In this document: positions 14,394 to 27,728 of the stretch, in pieces
Position numbering within the stretch: the stretch's first letter is position 1
Layout: the number at the start of each line of letters is the position of its first letter
Source of the DNA: Octopus bimaculoides
Lineage: Eukaryota
Reading direction: 5' to 3'
Assembly: GCF_001194135.2 (NCBI RefSeq)
Contig: NC_068984.1
Span: 132,859,922-132,923,921 of the forward strand
Length of the DNA stretch: 64,000 nt
Translations under genes and position numbers: made by a program
Notes under the pieces: generated by a model
Databases searched by the model: none
The model's input: only the letters and a program-made list of their open reading frames with translations
Told to the model about the DNA's origin: nothing

Positions 14394-16990
14394 GGCATAT
14401 TTCATTGTTATTTTTATCATACATTTTTCTGAAAATATTTGAGGAAAAATGAAATATTCCAACTTCTTCATCACTGTACCATTGAGATTTTACTCAGAAG
14501 CTTAGATTATGGCAGGAAAAAAAAAAAAAAAAAAAAAAAGGGCAGGTGAGAAGAAATCCCATCTCACAGGAAAGTTAAAAATTCAAAACCATTTTTCAAA
14601 GTGATATGACAACTATTTCATGAACACAACAAGCCATTAAGAAGTTTTACAAATTAGTAAATCTAAAGGAGAAACAGCAAACATTGAGAATAAGTAAAAG
14701 ATATACTTACAGTTGGAGCAAAGCTCCATTGGCAGTGAGTTTTCATTACCCTAAAATGAGACAGAGAAAATTGATCAGAGATTTGAAAGAGAGAAAAACG
14801 AAAAAATATTGGAATATAACTTTCAGTCAGTCTCATTCAAAGATTTTCTGTTATTTTGTTCCGTAATCTTTTCATATCCAGATTGCTCAGTCAAGTGTAA
14901 TGCTTATTTATTCACATTGTTTTGAATTAGCCATGTATTATCTTGTCGCTTCTGTATTTCGATGATGTGATTGTTTACTTTTAGAACGACATTGTAGAGT
15001 AGGTGTGAGAGGCCAGAAGTGGCCGGTTTAAAGATGAAAAACAGGTAGAATATTTAGGCCGGATATGACTAGTTTGAATGCTACATGAAAATAAGCTGAC
15101 CTTCTCTGCCTGTTTTAGGCTTCCAGATTTAAAAAGTAACTAAATTTTACCCAATTATTCATCATTATAATCATTATATATCAGCTTTCCATGCTAGTAT
15201 GGATTCTCATGGTCTGAATTAGTTCTTATTCAAAATTACTTGCTCTACCAGGTGAATTTGAGGACCATGCACATATATCTCATTTTTGGCATGGTTTCTA
15301 CAGCTAGATGTCTTGCAAACAACTCGCACATGCAAGTGCTACCAGTCGAGAACTCTGCATACTAGAAGCCAGCAAGTGTATGGGGTCATCAGGAGAGTAT
15401 GCGTGCCGTTTCAGGGCCTGCTTCTCGATGGCATCAATGTGCACCGGCCCCTCCTCACTGATATGAGGCCCCGCTTGCTAGATCAACTGGTTATTAAATA
15501 AAGCTCAATATTTCTCTAGCCATCGCTCATCATCTCTTTTTAATGAAATCCAGTGGCTAGCCTTCTCCTTGGATATCACTCATGGTGGTATTTACCTTAC
15601 GATGAGTTAGGCCTAACGATAACAGCAGGCGTCTCACACTGTGTCCAACAAACCCTCTACATGGTTTCCACAGCTGGATACCCTTACTAACACTAATCAC
15701 TTAGAGTGTATTTGGATATTTCCAACAGGCCATATGATCTCATAAAAGCTCCTGCTAGTGTTGATCATATAAATACAGGAAACAATTATTAATTGATTGA
15801 ATAAATTTATATTCTTGTTCCAAATTACTAACATTTTTTTCAATCATTAAAAAAGATTGAAAAGTGCCAGATAATTCAGATTTTGTTATTATTTTAACAC
15901 TACTAATTATTTACCAATATAAGAATATAACACCAATTTTCTTCTAAATCATTTTATATCTATATTTCTAATGTAAGGTTTAGATGGGTCTGCAAATATA
16001 AACATCTCTCTGTTGTCTTTATTGGAAACAACTGGATGCTTATCATAAGCCCTACCAAATCTAGTGTGAGAAGGGCTTAATAGCCATTTTCTAGCTAGGC
16101 TGAAACCAGCACAGTAAAGACACACTGCAATGTCCATTTCACAATTTTGAGCAGGAGTCTTGAGTCTCATATTAATCAATCACCAAGCTTCTTCCATTGT
16201 TATTTCATATCCAAATAGCTGTGAACACTGTTGTATGGCTGAATGCTCTTGATAAACAGGTGCCTCAATGTGTTTGCTATTTCTGATTGTAATTGTTACA
16301 ATGATAATATTTTGAGGTCATGGCTTCCAAAAATCTGAATTTTAAAGCCTGTATAAAAAATAAAATCGTTATTTTGGCATGCATTCAGAGAATAGCAGCT
16401 GGAAATATCATAAATTATGGGAAACTAATTATTATTAGAAAAAAAATATAAACCATAGGATCATATTTTAGGCAACTTTGACTAATTAGAAAATTACTAT
16501 TTGTAAATCTCACAACGAGTGATATTCAGCGACAGTACTTCGGAGTAAAGATTGTTTGCCAACATAACATGGCAGTTCTGGTTTAGGACGAATGTTGCTG
16601 TAATTTAGCCCCAGGAGACATCATCTCCAGCTGGCTATACGACACGATCTGTGTCCTTATATTTTGACTAACTTTCAGAGATTATAATCTTCATCTTATT
16701 AAATGATTTCTCACAGAGGAACAAGATGATGACAGTTAGTGGAATGGTGTAGTCAAGTGAATTAAATTCAGTATGTAACAATTATTATCTTTCTTAGAAA
16801 AATGATAAGTAGAGACAACTTTTATAGAATTCGAATTTGGAATACAAATGAACCTAACTAAATTCAGCAACAAATTTAGTGCAATCATCACACTTAACTT
16901 AAATAAAATAAACAGCACCAACAAAAATCTAATGAACAAAATAAAACTTCATTTCCTTTATAACCTTTAATTACTTCAATGAAACTATAT

Positions 16991-17191
16991 ACAACGGGGT
17001 GCTGAAAAGTTCCTGGCTCTGAGTAAAAGAAAATACTGGAGTATCAGTTAATTATGATTTTATTCAAAATATTCACCCTCTCAGATTCAAACTCTTCAGT
17101 TTTTCTAAGCCCTGTAAAAGTACTTGAAACATTGGGCCTCCAACCAAGCCTTCCGTGATACACATAAAGCTAGGAATTTTTCAGGACCCCC
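16991..17191. mobile_element. mariner-like MITE remnant
   Basis: GGGGTGCTGAAAAGTTCCTGGCT near the left end and AGCTAGGAATTTTTCAGGACCCC at the right end form imperfect TIRs. Confidence 0.6.
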
Positions 17192-17856
17192 ATCAAGAAT
17201 CAGTATACATACATATGTAAACACTACATGATATACGACATGCTAACTACTGAATTCTCTTTCAATCCATATGCTTTCACAATGTACATACTTTCAACTT
17301 TTCAGATACTGTATAAAATTTATCAACTTCACTTTATAAACATAAGGCTTTTCACTCTGGTGTTTATGTAAAGAACACCTCACTACATACACACTAAACC
17401 CCAACAAACAAATGCTCACGTGTTATAAAAGCACAGTGATTGTGCCCCCATAGATACAAAATATTTATAATCAAATCTTTTAGACAAGCTTTTAAATTTT
17501 TGTCTGCTAAAGAAACTTTAAATAAAGAAATCTTGAGTGTAAAACAAACAATTAATAGCAAGTATCCCAACAGATTAGTGAACTAGGCCAGAGAATAATA
17601 CAGGAATAAATTCATCCATGTTGATACAACAGATGCAACTCGCATAAAAATAAACAAACCACACACACTGTATACTATAAAAACCAAATACACTCTGGTT
17701 ACAGAACAGTTATGTCATCAAAACTGTGTAAAACAGAATGTAACATTATCACAGTTAAGCACAAACTTATAGTTTGAATATATTACAACGCCAGACTGAA
17801 AATCTTCAATACAATACCATAAACTAATATAATAATGAGTGTAGTGTAGTGTAGTG

Positions 17857-17895
<39 letters not shown>

Positions 17896-18357
17896 AGAAT
17901 CACGCCAGGGCATGGAGGAGAGAAAATAGTAATTCAGTGAAGGAGAAGTAGTGAGAGTAATAGCCCTGACTGAGAGGGAGTGAGAGAAAGGAAGAGGTGG
18001 AAAAAAAAGTGTTACAAGTGTGAGTATATGTGTGTATGTGTTTGCGTGTACAAGGGAAGTGTGTGAATGTTTGTATGTATGATTATTAAGAACCTTATTT
18101 TGTACCTTATTTATATATAAAACACTACAATTAGCCATCATTAGTGACAGCACGTGGTCAGCTAGTAAACTAATAAACTAGAGAATGTACTTCAGTCAAC
18201 CAATGAACTATGCATAGTTCTCAATGTAAACATGAAAAGTAGTTAACTTCATAACTCAGACTGTTGCATCGAATAAGCAAATACAACACTTGATTGTTTA
18301 TTGACCATACATTTACAAGAGCCATCACAACTCCTTATAATAAGGCATATGAAATAA

Positions 18358-18571
18358 GGTGGTGAGCTGGCAGAAACGCTAGCACACCGGGCAAAATGCT
18401 TAGTGGTATTTTGCCTGTTTTTACGTTCAGAGTTCAAATTCCGCCGAGGTTGACTTTGCCTTTCATTCTTTTGGGGGGGTTGATAAATTAAGTACCAGCT
18501 TTGCACTGAGGTCGATCTAATTGACTGGCCCCCTCCCCCAAAATTTCGGGCCTTGTGCCTAGAGTAGAAAA
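18358..18571 (+). mobile_element. SINE family A
   Basis: Aligns to the 60236 copy. Further copies at about 10991-11203 (+), 55935-56148 (-) and 56185-56352 (-). Confidence 0.85.
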
Positions 18572-21534
18572 GTATAAAGTACATGTAATAAAATTAGACA
18601 GAAAAGCATTAGTTGAAAGCACTATAATTTTATACTAAGTATCACAAAAAATTAGAAGGGAGCTCTACTAATAGCAATAGATAAATAAAATAATTAAAAA
18701 AAAAAACATAAGAAAAATAAATTGTGAAGTCGACCATACCAGGACTTAACTGTTGTAGAAGTTTTAAATCTGACACTAACATTGTTACCAGTATCAATAG
18801 TTTACAGATGATTCTTTGAAACTTCTTATATTTCCCCATAGTCAGAGATGTTTTCCATGGAAGACTGGAAACAAACACCATCACTTGTATGATTGCAATG
18901 CTCATTTACAATCCTCACATAATGTCATGACAAGGGTAAAACACAAACACATGCACACACGTGTGTGCGTGTATGTGGAGGTGAACACTGATGTTCCATG
19001 TGGCAGGTTAATGTATTATATATATGACAGATCTCTATTTGCCAAATCCACTCACAAGACTTTAGTTGGCCTGAGACTAGAGTAGAAGAGACTTGCTCAA
19101 GGTGCCATGCAATGAGATTGAAGCCAAGACCTTCAACTATAAAAAATAAAAACCTGACATTGACAGAGGCCACAAATTCGTAAGAAATCAATCCTACTAA
19201 ATTACTGGTACCTAATTTAACAATCATGGGGATGTAAAAGGTGAAGCCATGAAGTTAAATACTGTGATGTATTTTTCTTAGTCCTGTATTCTGCTAATTC
19301 TTCCATTCTACCACCCTCTCTATTTTAAAAATACCAACTAAAAGCTGATTGTAAGAGAAAGGATAGCATCTTTTTAGCCAGTATGATGAGGTTGTGGCCA
19401 ACATATATATCAATAATGGTAATGGAGTAAAACACACACATACACACACTATAGCATGTTCTACAATAAATCAATATAATTCTTCATAACATGAACAAGA
19501 AATTAATTATTTAACAAAATGGTTTAGGAGTGAATTTTTTTATTTTCATGTATTGAATGGGTTAGACAGTACTATTTATAACTGATTCAGCAATCGCCAC
19601 ATCCCATATCAGCCCTACCTCTCACAACTGCAGTACCACTACTGCCCAGAATAACAATAGCACTAAAACTACACACAACAGAAGTACCATGTTGCACACA
19701 CTACACCCATAGATTGTATACACAAAGCAATAAAAATACTAAAATATAAATATTAAAAAAAAAACAACAACAAAACTAGGGTCGGCATGGCTGTGTGGTA
19801 AGAAGCTAGCTTTCCGACCACATGGTTCCGGGTTCAGTCCCACTGCATGGCATCTTGGGCAACTGTCTTCTGCTATTGCCTCAGGATAACCAAAGCCTTG
19901 TGAGTGGATTTGGTAGATGGAAAATGAAAGAAGCCCATTACATATATACACACACGTGTTTGTCCCCACCCACCACCACTTGATAACTGGTGTTGGTGTG
20001 TTTATGTCCCTGTAACTTAGCAGTTTGGCAAAAAGAGCAATAGAATAAATACCAGGCTTCACAAAAACAGATTAGTACTGGGGTCAATTCATTCAACTAA
20101 AATTTTTTTAAGGTGGTCCCCCCCCCAGTATGTCCAGTGTCTAATGACTGAAACAAGTAAAAGATGGAAAAAGGGAGGAGAAAAATTTGTTGCTGTAGGA
20201 AATCCCAACCTCCATGGTCCTTGCACATGTAGATGTGTTTCGGTTTATGGAAGGCATTTAACAACACCTCTGAACATAATTAAAATGCTGTCCTAAAAAC
20301 AGTACATCTCCCACTCAGCCTGGACAAACATAAAAAAAAAAAACAAATACACACATTGTCAAAAGCTTCATCATCACTAAGCACTGTGCTGTGATGTACA
20401 CCACTAGATTCTGTAGACATACAAAAATAGACTGGACTGGGAAGAGAGTCACATACAGAAATAGACTGGACATGTTAAAAACTGCAACAATGTACTGTAT
20501 ACAATCAATTACTACATATCAGAATGTGTAGTAAGATCGCCAGCGAGATGGAGGCATTGTATATCTGGAACAATGGATCTGTGGGTTACTGGTCTCACCT
20601 AATAATTTGGTTGAGTACTATCTAGGAGTATCTAGGGTTGTTTGATCAGAGCTGACCCGGGACCTAAATAACAATCATTGCCTCTGTTCACAACAGTAGT
20701 CTTACCACTGTATCTTACAGCAGTTAAATCCTGAGCCAACGAAAGATTCTCTACATAGTTGCACAATATACTAGAAAAAACAGCCAGCTCTTCTTCAGGC
20801 ATGGGCAACCTTTTTCAAAAAGCAGACTGCATAAGACACAGCTCATTTGATGAGCTGTATACTAAAATACTCAAGGTAATTTTTCGTTGCGCATGCCATG
20901 CAGAAAGTTCCGTAGGCCACCAGTTGCCCATGACTGTCTTATTATCTTAAAGAACTCATTGAATAATGTGGTCCTAGATACACTACAATTAGAAAAGGGA
21001 AGAGAGGAAGAGACAAACAGATAGTATAGGATAGGATGGTTCCAACTGGTATGCTTGGGTCATAGTTTGTTTTTTTTTATCAGAGCTGACTTGACACACG
21101 CGCACGCACACGCACACGCACACACACACGCACACACACACACACACAGTACCATGACAACAACAAACAGCTTAATTAGCAGCTAAGAAATACACATACC
21201 AGCAATTAATATAAATATTCAAATAAATAGAACAGAAATATGGGTAAGTTTACGCTTTGTTAAGCAGAATATTGCTGCAGATATAAAGTGCACAAGATTT
21301 GAGAAAAATGAGCAAAGAGTGAGAGTCCAGTAACTATTTTTCCTTACACATCTGTTCAAGTTTACAAATGTAAACATATTTATGGTTTAGTTATATTTCA
21401 AGCAAAATAAACTAATTTATATACTGGCCAATAAGTATGTCTGTAGAGTACCAGACAACCAGCCAAGAAGGTACTGCCTCATAGGTTATTGGCACTACGT
21501 TGTTTCTTTGACTTGAACTGCAGATATTGTAGAA

Positions 21535-21575
<41 letters not shown>

Positions 21576-21652
21576 TGTTGTAGAACGGAAACACAATTCA
21601 ACAGTAAACAGGGACAACACTATTAATTAGTAGCTGCTGCTGTCAGCTTTAA

Positions 21653-21872
21653 CTCTTTAGCATTCAGATTTCTTTGTGAAAAGTAATGCGTATTTATTCA
21701 CATTGCTTTGAATTAGTCACACATTATGTTGTAGCTTCAAGATTTCAATGGTGTGCTTGTATATTTTTAGAATGACATTGTAGGATAGGTGTATGAGGCC
21801 AGATCTGGTCAGTTTGAACATAAAATTGGTAGAATATTTGTGCTGGATATGGCCGGTTTAAATACTAAAGGG
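21653..21872. mobile_element. piggyBac-type MITE (same family as 45479)
   Basis: TTAA at 21649-21652 and 21873-21876; TIR CTCTTTAGCATT/AATACTAAAGGG; internal sequence matches the 45479 copy. A partial copy lies at about 14880-15085. Confidence 0.75.
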
Positions 21873-22083
21873 TTAAGTACAATTTCTCCAGTGGACGTGA
21901 CCGGCAGAAGAGCTGGATCTCAGGGAACCTCTCCTAATGAAAGCATATTCCTAATATAGATCATGGTACTTCTACTGTAGGTGGTAGTGCTGATACAGGC
22001 CAATAGGGTTTACAATCTGTTGATAGTATGTCTGACAATGAAAAGTCAGTTGATTTTGACAGGTTTCACAAAAGACAAATTGA

Positions 22084-22133
<50 letters not shown>

Positions 22134-23433
22134 CACACACATACACAGTAATCTCTCACCAAATTGCAGTTTATTATTTAAGCTTATGTTGATTCCTCTG
22201 TGGTGTTGTTTTGCGTTTATAATAAAATAAATACATACAAATTATAAAAGTAATAAAAAAAAAAATACAGTACAGTACTGTTTCTATTTTGCGGGGAGTT
22301 TTTGGAACCTAACACCCGCGATAGTTGAGGGATTACTGCATGTATATATATATATCTCATCATCATTGTTTAACATTCATTTTCCATGCTGGCATGAGTT
22401 GGACTGTTTGACATGGAGCTGGCCAGACTCCAACTGTCTGTTTTAGCATGGTTTCTACAGCTGGATTCCCTTCCTAATGTCAACACTGAACAGAGTTGGG
22501 TGCTTTTTACATGCCACTGGCATGGGTGTTTTTTTATGTGGCACCAATGCACACACACACACCTCTTCTCTTGCTTTTTTTCACCATACACCACACACAC
22601 ACACACATATCTCTTCTCTTGCTTTTTTTCAACTGGGGTAACCAGAAATCTCTACAACAAGACACCCATTTCTGTCCTATCATACTTTAAGCTCTCATTA
22701 CCTGGCACAAAGCTACCATTCTCAATACTAACACTAGTCTTGCAAGTTACTTGTTGACCTCACTGATGCTGGAGTCACATAAAAAGCACCCAGTACACTC
22801 TGTAAAATGGCTGGTGTTAAGAAGTGTGTCCAGTTGTAGAAACCATGCCAAAGCAGAGAATAGAGTTTGCTATGATCCTCTAACTTGCTGGCTCCTGTCA
22901 AACAGTCAATGCCAGCATGGAAAACAGACATAAAATGATGAAGATGATATAGAAATATAGTTATGTTGCTGAAGACTGGACCCTCTTTGCAATATTTGTT
23001 AGTTCTCCCAAGATCGGGAGTGGGGAAGCTTTCAATATATGAAAACCAGATTGAATTAATGTAATCTAAAAACTGCATTAAAGAAAATTTTAATTAAATA
23101 TACTGAAAAACTTAGAGTAAAAAATAAAAATGTAAACTGGCACCTTAAGGAATTAAGAACATTGAAATATACTAAATAATCAACAAAATGTATTTTTTAA
23201 TGCAAAATTCAGACTTGTTCAGAAGTGCTGCACTTAAGTGCCTCAGAGAACACATTCCTCATTCCTGCTCCAGACCTGAAGCATATTTAAGTAATCATCA
23301 TCATCATAGTTGTTTTAATGTTCACTTTTGCATGTTTGCTAGAGTCAGGAGAAATTTGTTGAGGATTTCATGGTCGAATGCTCTTTCTGCCATCAACCTT
23401 TAGTTGTTTCCAAGGTGATATTCCTCCTAGTTC

Positions 23434-23649
23434 AGGCGGCGAGCTGGCAGAAACGTTAGCACGCTGGGTGAAATGTTTAGCTGTATTTCATCTGCCTTTA
23501 CATTCTGAGTTCAAATTCTGCCAAGGTTGACTTTGCCTTTTATCCTTTCAGGGTTGATAAACTAAGTACCAGTTGCATACTGGGGTCAATCTAATCGACT
23601 GCCTCCCCCTCCCCCAAAATTTCAGACCTTGTGCCTCGAGCAGAAAAGA
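23434..23649 (+). mobile_element. tRNA-derived SINE family A with perfect 16-bp TSD
   Basis: ggcgagctggcagaaacgttagc...gagttcaaattc (A/B boxes); TSD ATATTCCTCCTAGTTC at 23418-23433 and 23650-23665. Confidence 0.9.
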
Positions 23650-24020
23650 ATATTCCTCCTAGTTCTTCAAACACAAATGGCACACTAGCCGAACATGTTT
23701 TCAGGGAGGATTGCATGTAAGCAACACTGCTTGTATAACGATGTTTCTTCATAATTAGCATGTGATGTCAAAATAAGGAGACACAAACACATGATATTAA
23801 ACGATAATAATAATGATGATATATATAGGCACAGGCATGGCTGTGTGGTAAGAAGCTTGTTTCTCAACCACTTGGTTCCGGGTTCAGTCCTACTGTGTGG
23901 CACCTTGGGCAAGTGTCTTCTTTTATAGTCTCAGGCTGACCAAAGCCTTGTGAGCAGATTTGGTAGATGGAAACTGAAAGAAACCTGTCATATATATAAA
24001 TATATATACATATATATTTA

Positions 24021-24051
<31 letters not shown>

Positions 24052-25599
24052 CTTTGTGTCTATGTTTGTCCCACCCACCATTGCTTGACAACTGGTGTTT
24101 ACATCCCCATGACTTAGCAGTTCAACAAAAGAGACCAATAGAATAAGTACTAGGCTTACAAAGCATAAGTCCTAGGGTTGAGTTCTTTAACTAAAAAACC
24201 CTTTAAGGCAGTATTCCAGTATGGCTGCAGTCAAATGACTGAAACAAGTAAAAGATATATATATATATCTCATCATTTAACATCCATGTTCCATGCTACA
24301 CGAGTTGGATTCATCATCCTTATTTAACACAACTGTCTCACCATCATCATCATTTCACATCTGTTTTGACAGGAACTGGTGAGTCAGAAAGAAGACAGCA
24401 ACAAGCTCTGCTGTCTGTTTTGGGCATAGTTTATATGGCTGGATGCTTTTCCTAACACCAACCACTTTACAGAGTGGACTGGATGCTTTTATGCAGCATC
24501 AGCACAGGTGCATTTATGTGGCACTGGCACAGGAGCTTTTTATATGGGACCAGCTCCCATGAGCCTACAAGATTATGAATGTCCACCTGGAGAGGGATGC
24601 AGGACACAGATACACAATAGGTTTCTTTCAGTTTCTTATTTCTTTATTGCCCACAAGGGGCTATATACAGAGGGGACAAACAAACAAACAAGGACAGACA
24701 AAGGGATTAAGTCAATTACATCGACTCCAGTGCGTAACTGGTACTTAATTTATCAATCACAAAAGGATGAAAGGCAAAGTTGACCTTGGCGGAATTTGAA
24801 CTCAGAACGTAAAGACAGATGAAATACCACTAAGCATTTCGCCCCGCGTGCTAACGTTTCTGTCTACCAAATCTACTCACACGGCTTTGGCTGACCTGGG
24901 TCTATAGAAGACATATGCCTAAAGTAGAGTACAGTAAGACCAAACCCCAAAACCACATGGTTGCAAAGCAAACTTCTTAATTATTCAGCCATCCTTGTAG
25001 CTTTGTGTGGCAAAATAGTTATAAATGCAGGCATAGATAGGCACATCATAGAACATCAGGAGAGGTGACAGCTATACACACAAATCAAACTTAGATCCTT
25101 ATTAGTTGTACATATACAGTACCAGTGTAAATACACCCTCCTTCTCCTATTTCTTCTTTAGGCATACACTAGCTATGAGATTAAATGCTGTACTTTTGAC
25201 CACAGATCTTACAACAGTCACTGTGATGCGTTCCTAAGCAAGGTACCTAACACAAAGAACAGGATCCATTCTTACCTTGTATTTGAGTGGTTAGCACTAA
25301 GGAGGGTATCTAGTTGTGAAAACAACTGATTTGAAAATAAGAAACATCCTACGCATGCAAGTGTAGAAAATGTTTTGTATTTGTGAGTGCATGCATACCT
25401 TTCAATTTAGAAATAGAAAATGTACTCAAAACATAGCTGAGCTGAGTATATTAATTTATTTGAAACTCTCTGCCATTGCTACACCGAGTTTCACATTTTC
25501 ATTTATCACAACTAATAGAATTTAAACATAAAGCTTTGAGATATCTGAAAGTTTTAGTTTGATAGCCAGGATACAACAAAGAATTTTATAATACCTGTA

Positions 25600-26930
25600 G
25601 TCAGGGCAATGCATAGAAGTATTTTATAAGAGAAGGGCTAGCCTTTAGGATGCAGTCCTAGTTATGTTGAAGGTGTGCTTTCACAAGGAGAGATCCCCAG
25701 TGATAGCAAGGCCTAACATTTGAAGTGATTGTGGGTGCTCTAGTTCAGTGCTTCTTGTATTTAAGTAGGGGTGTAGTGCGATGGTGTTTTCTACATATGA
25801 GTAATGCTCGAGTCTTTTACTGCTGAAAGAGATTGGCATGGCTTCACTGGAGAATACATATTGATCTCTTCATGAAATTAGTGTAGCTTTGGCATATGAC
25901 AGCTAAGTTGTACGTGGATGATGCACAGTGGGGGAAGGTTAGGGAGGAATGAATATTTGTATTATCTGTATAAGAATGAATATTGTTGGATGTAACAGCA
26001 ACTGATGATAGACTGAAGAGAGTGGGGGTGGGGGTAAAATCAAAGTCACATAAGGATTGACTGAGAGTGGCACAAAAATAGCTCTGTCAACATACACCAA
26101 GGTGGTGCAATCTGATAGGATCCTAGAGATAAGAGATGGAAGGAGTCTATAGGCAGAATGTTTCAATAGGAGGTTTGCACAGCAGACATGGTTGAAAGCT
26201 TTGCTGACGTCTAGAGCAACAACACTGTTTCCACTAAATTTCTCTAAAGATAAGAGCCCACTAGTAGGTGATGTAAAAAAAAGTTGGTCTCCTGTGGACA
26301 TGGATCTACAGAATCCACACTAGTGGTGAGAACAGAGATTCAAGTTGGAGAACCTCATTGTTAATGGCTGTCTCCATTACCTCAGAGGTACTAGAAGTGA
26401 GTGAATATGATGATAGTTGGGCAGGGTTAGAGTGAATAGGAGGCCTTTCTGAGGAATAGTATACACTGTAGGTTTCCAAAGAAGAGTTCAGTGAATATTG
26501 AAGGCAAACTTAGGAGTGCAAGGTGTGAATATAATGGAAGGGACATTGTAAGGGCTGGTGGCCTTGTTGGTTTAAAACAAGTGCAGGTGTTTTCTCATAT
26601 AGCAAATGAATATGCAGGTGAGTAGTCAGGTGGTGTAGAGGGAGATAGAGATGGAAAAGACTTTCCAAGTTGCAGTGTATATGTTGGATGTAAAATGAGC
26701 AGTACAGGTGGATACATTCCCCAATGGGAGTACTTCTGGAGCCATCATTGTTGAGAAGTGAAGAAAGACAAGATTCCACACAGTTGGTGGAGATTCTTTG
26801 GACAAGTGACCAGAAAGATTGGTTGCAGTTTGGGAGCCAAGAAAGAATGAAGGTTATGCAATGAACAAAGGCATTTTTTTGCTGTCTGCTTAGTGGTCTT
26901 GCAAGATTTGCATTGTTAGGCAAATGTACT
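25600..26930 (-). mobile_element. Decayed CR1/Jockey-group LINE (RT remnant)
   Basis: STGDQL...VVALDVSKAFNHV...LPSLISRILSD resembles the RT 'ALDISKAFDRV' region. Upstream tether-like 'FWSLVQRI' segment. Boundaries approximate. Confidence 0.7.
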
Positions 26931-27470
26931 TAGTTTTTAAAGTGTCAATATAACTAGTCAGTCGGATGTGTATTCTTACAATGAATTCTTTATTCTAAAA
27001 CCATCCAAGATCATAGAAACTTTAAATCTCTTATGTTAAATTGATATGAAACAAATGTCATAAGTAAAATGCTAGTCTATTGCATGTAACTTACTTATAA
27101 AAAGCCACCATCTAATCTCCAGTTCAGGTAAACTGACATAGCACATCATTAAGTATTTTTTGCCAAAGATACAAAATGATATCTACAACAAATTTGAACT
27201 CACAACTCATGATTTGGTAGTTTAACACATTGATCAGAAGATTTAACTATGAATATTTTAAATCCATGCTTTCAACTCAGCACAACTCCCATCATTCAGA
27301 CTTACACAATCAGTATAGCTGTTTCACTTGAAATTTGTTTCAAGGTTTAACTGCAATAAAGTTGGTAACAACTCCACCACACTTCTGTAAACCTTTAATC
27401 AGCTATCTCTTAAGATTAGTCATTCTGTTACCTTATGAAATTACTTCATTTCGCCAGTTAAGTATAAAGA

Positions 27471-27728
27471 GTTGAACAGGGCCTCAATGTACTTGCTGCA
27501 CTCAACTTTGCACTGATAATTTCAATTGTGGCATTCAGAAATTCATTGTCTGAGACAAAAGGGCAAATTGACAGAGCCATTAGAGAATAGAATAAAATGT
27601 TGAACAGGGCTTCAATGTACTTGCTGCACTCAACTTTGCACTGATAATTTCAATTGCGGCATTCAGAAATTCATTGTCTGAGACAAAAGGGCAAATTGAC
27701 AGAGCCATTAGAGTATAGAATAAAATGT
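27471..27728. repeat. 128-bp direct tandem duplication (2 copies)
   Basis: Copies start at 27471 and 27599 and differ by 3 substitutions. Confidence 0.95.
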
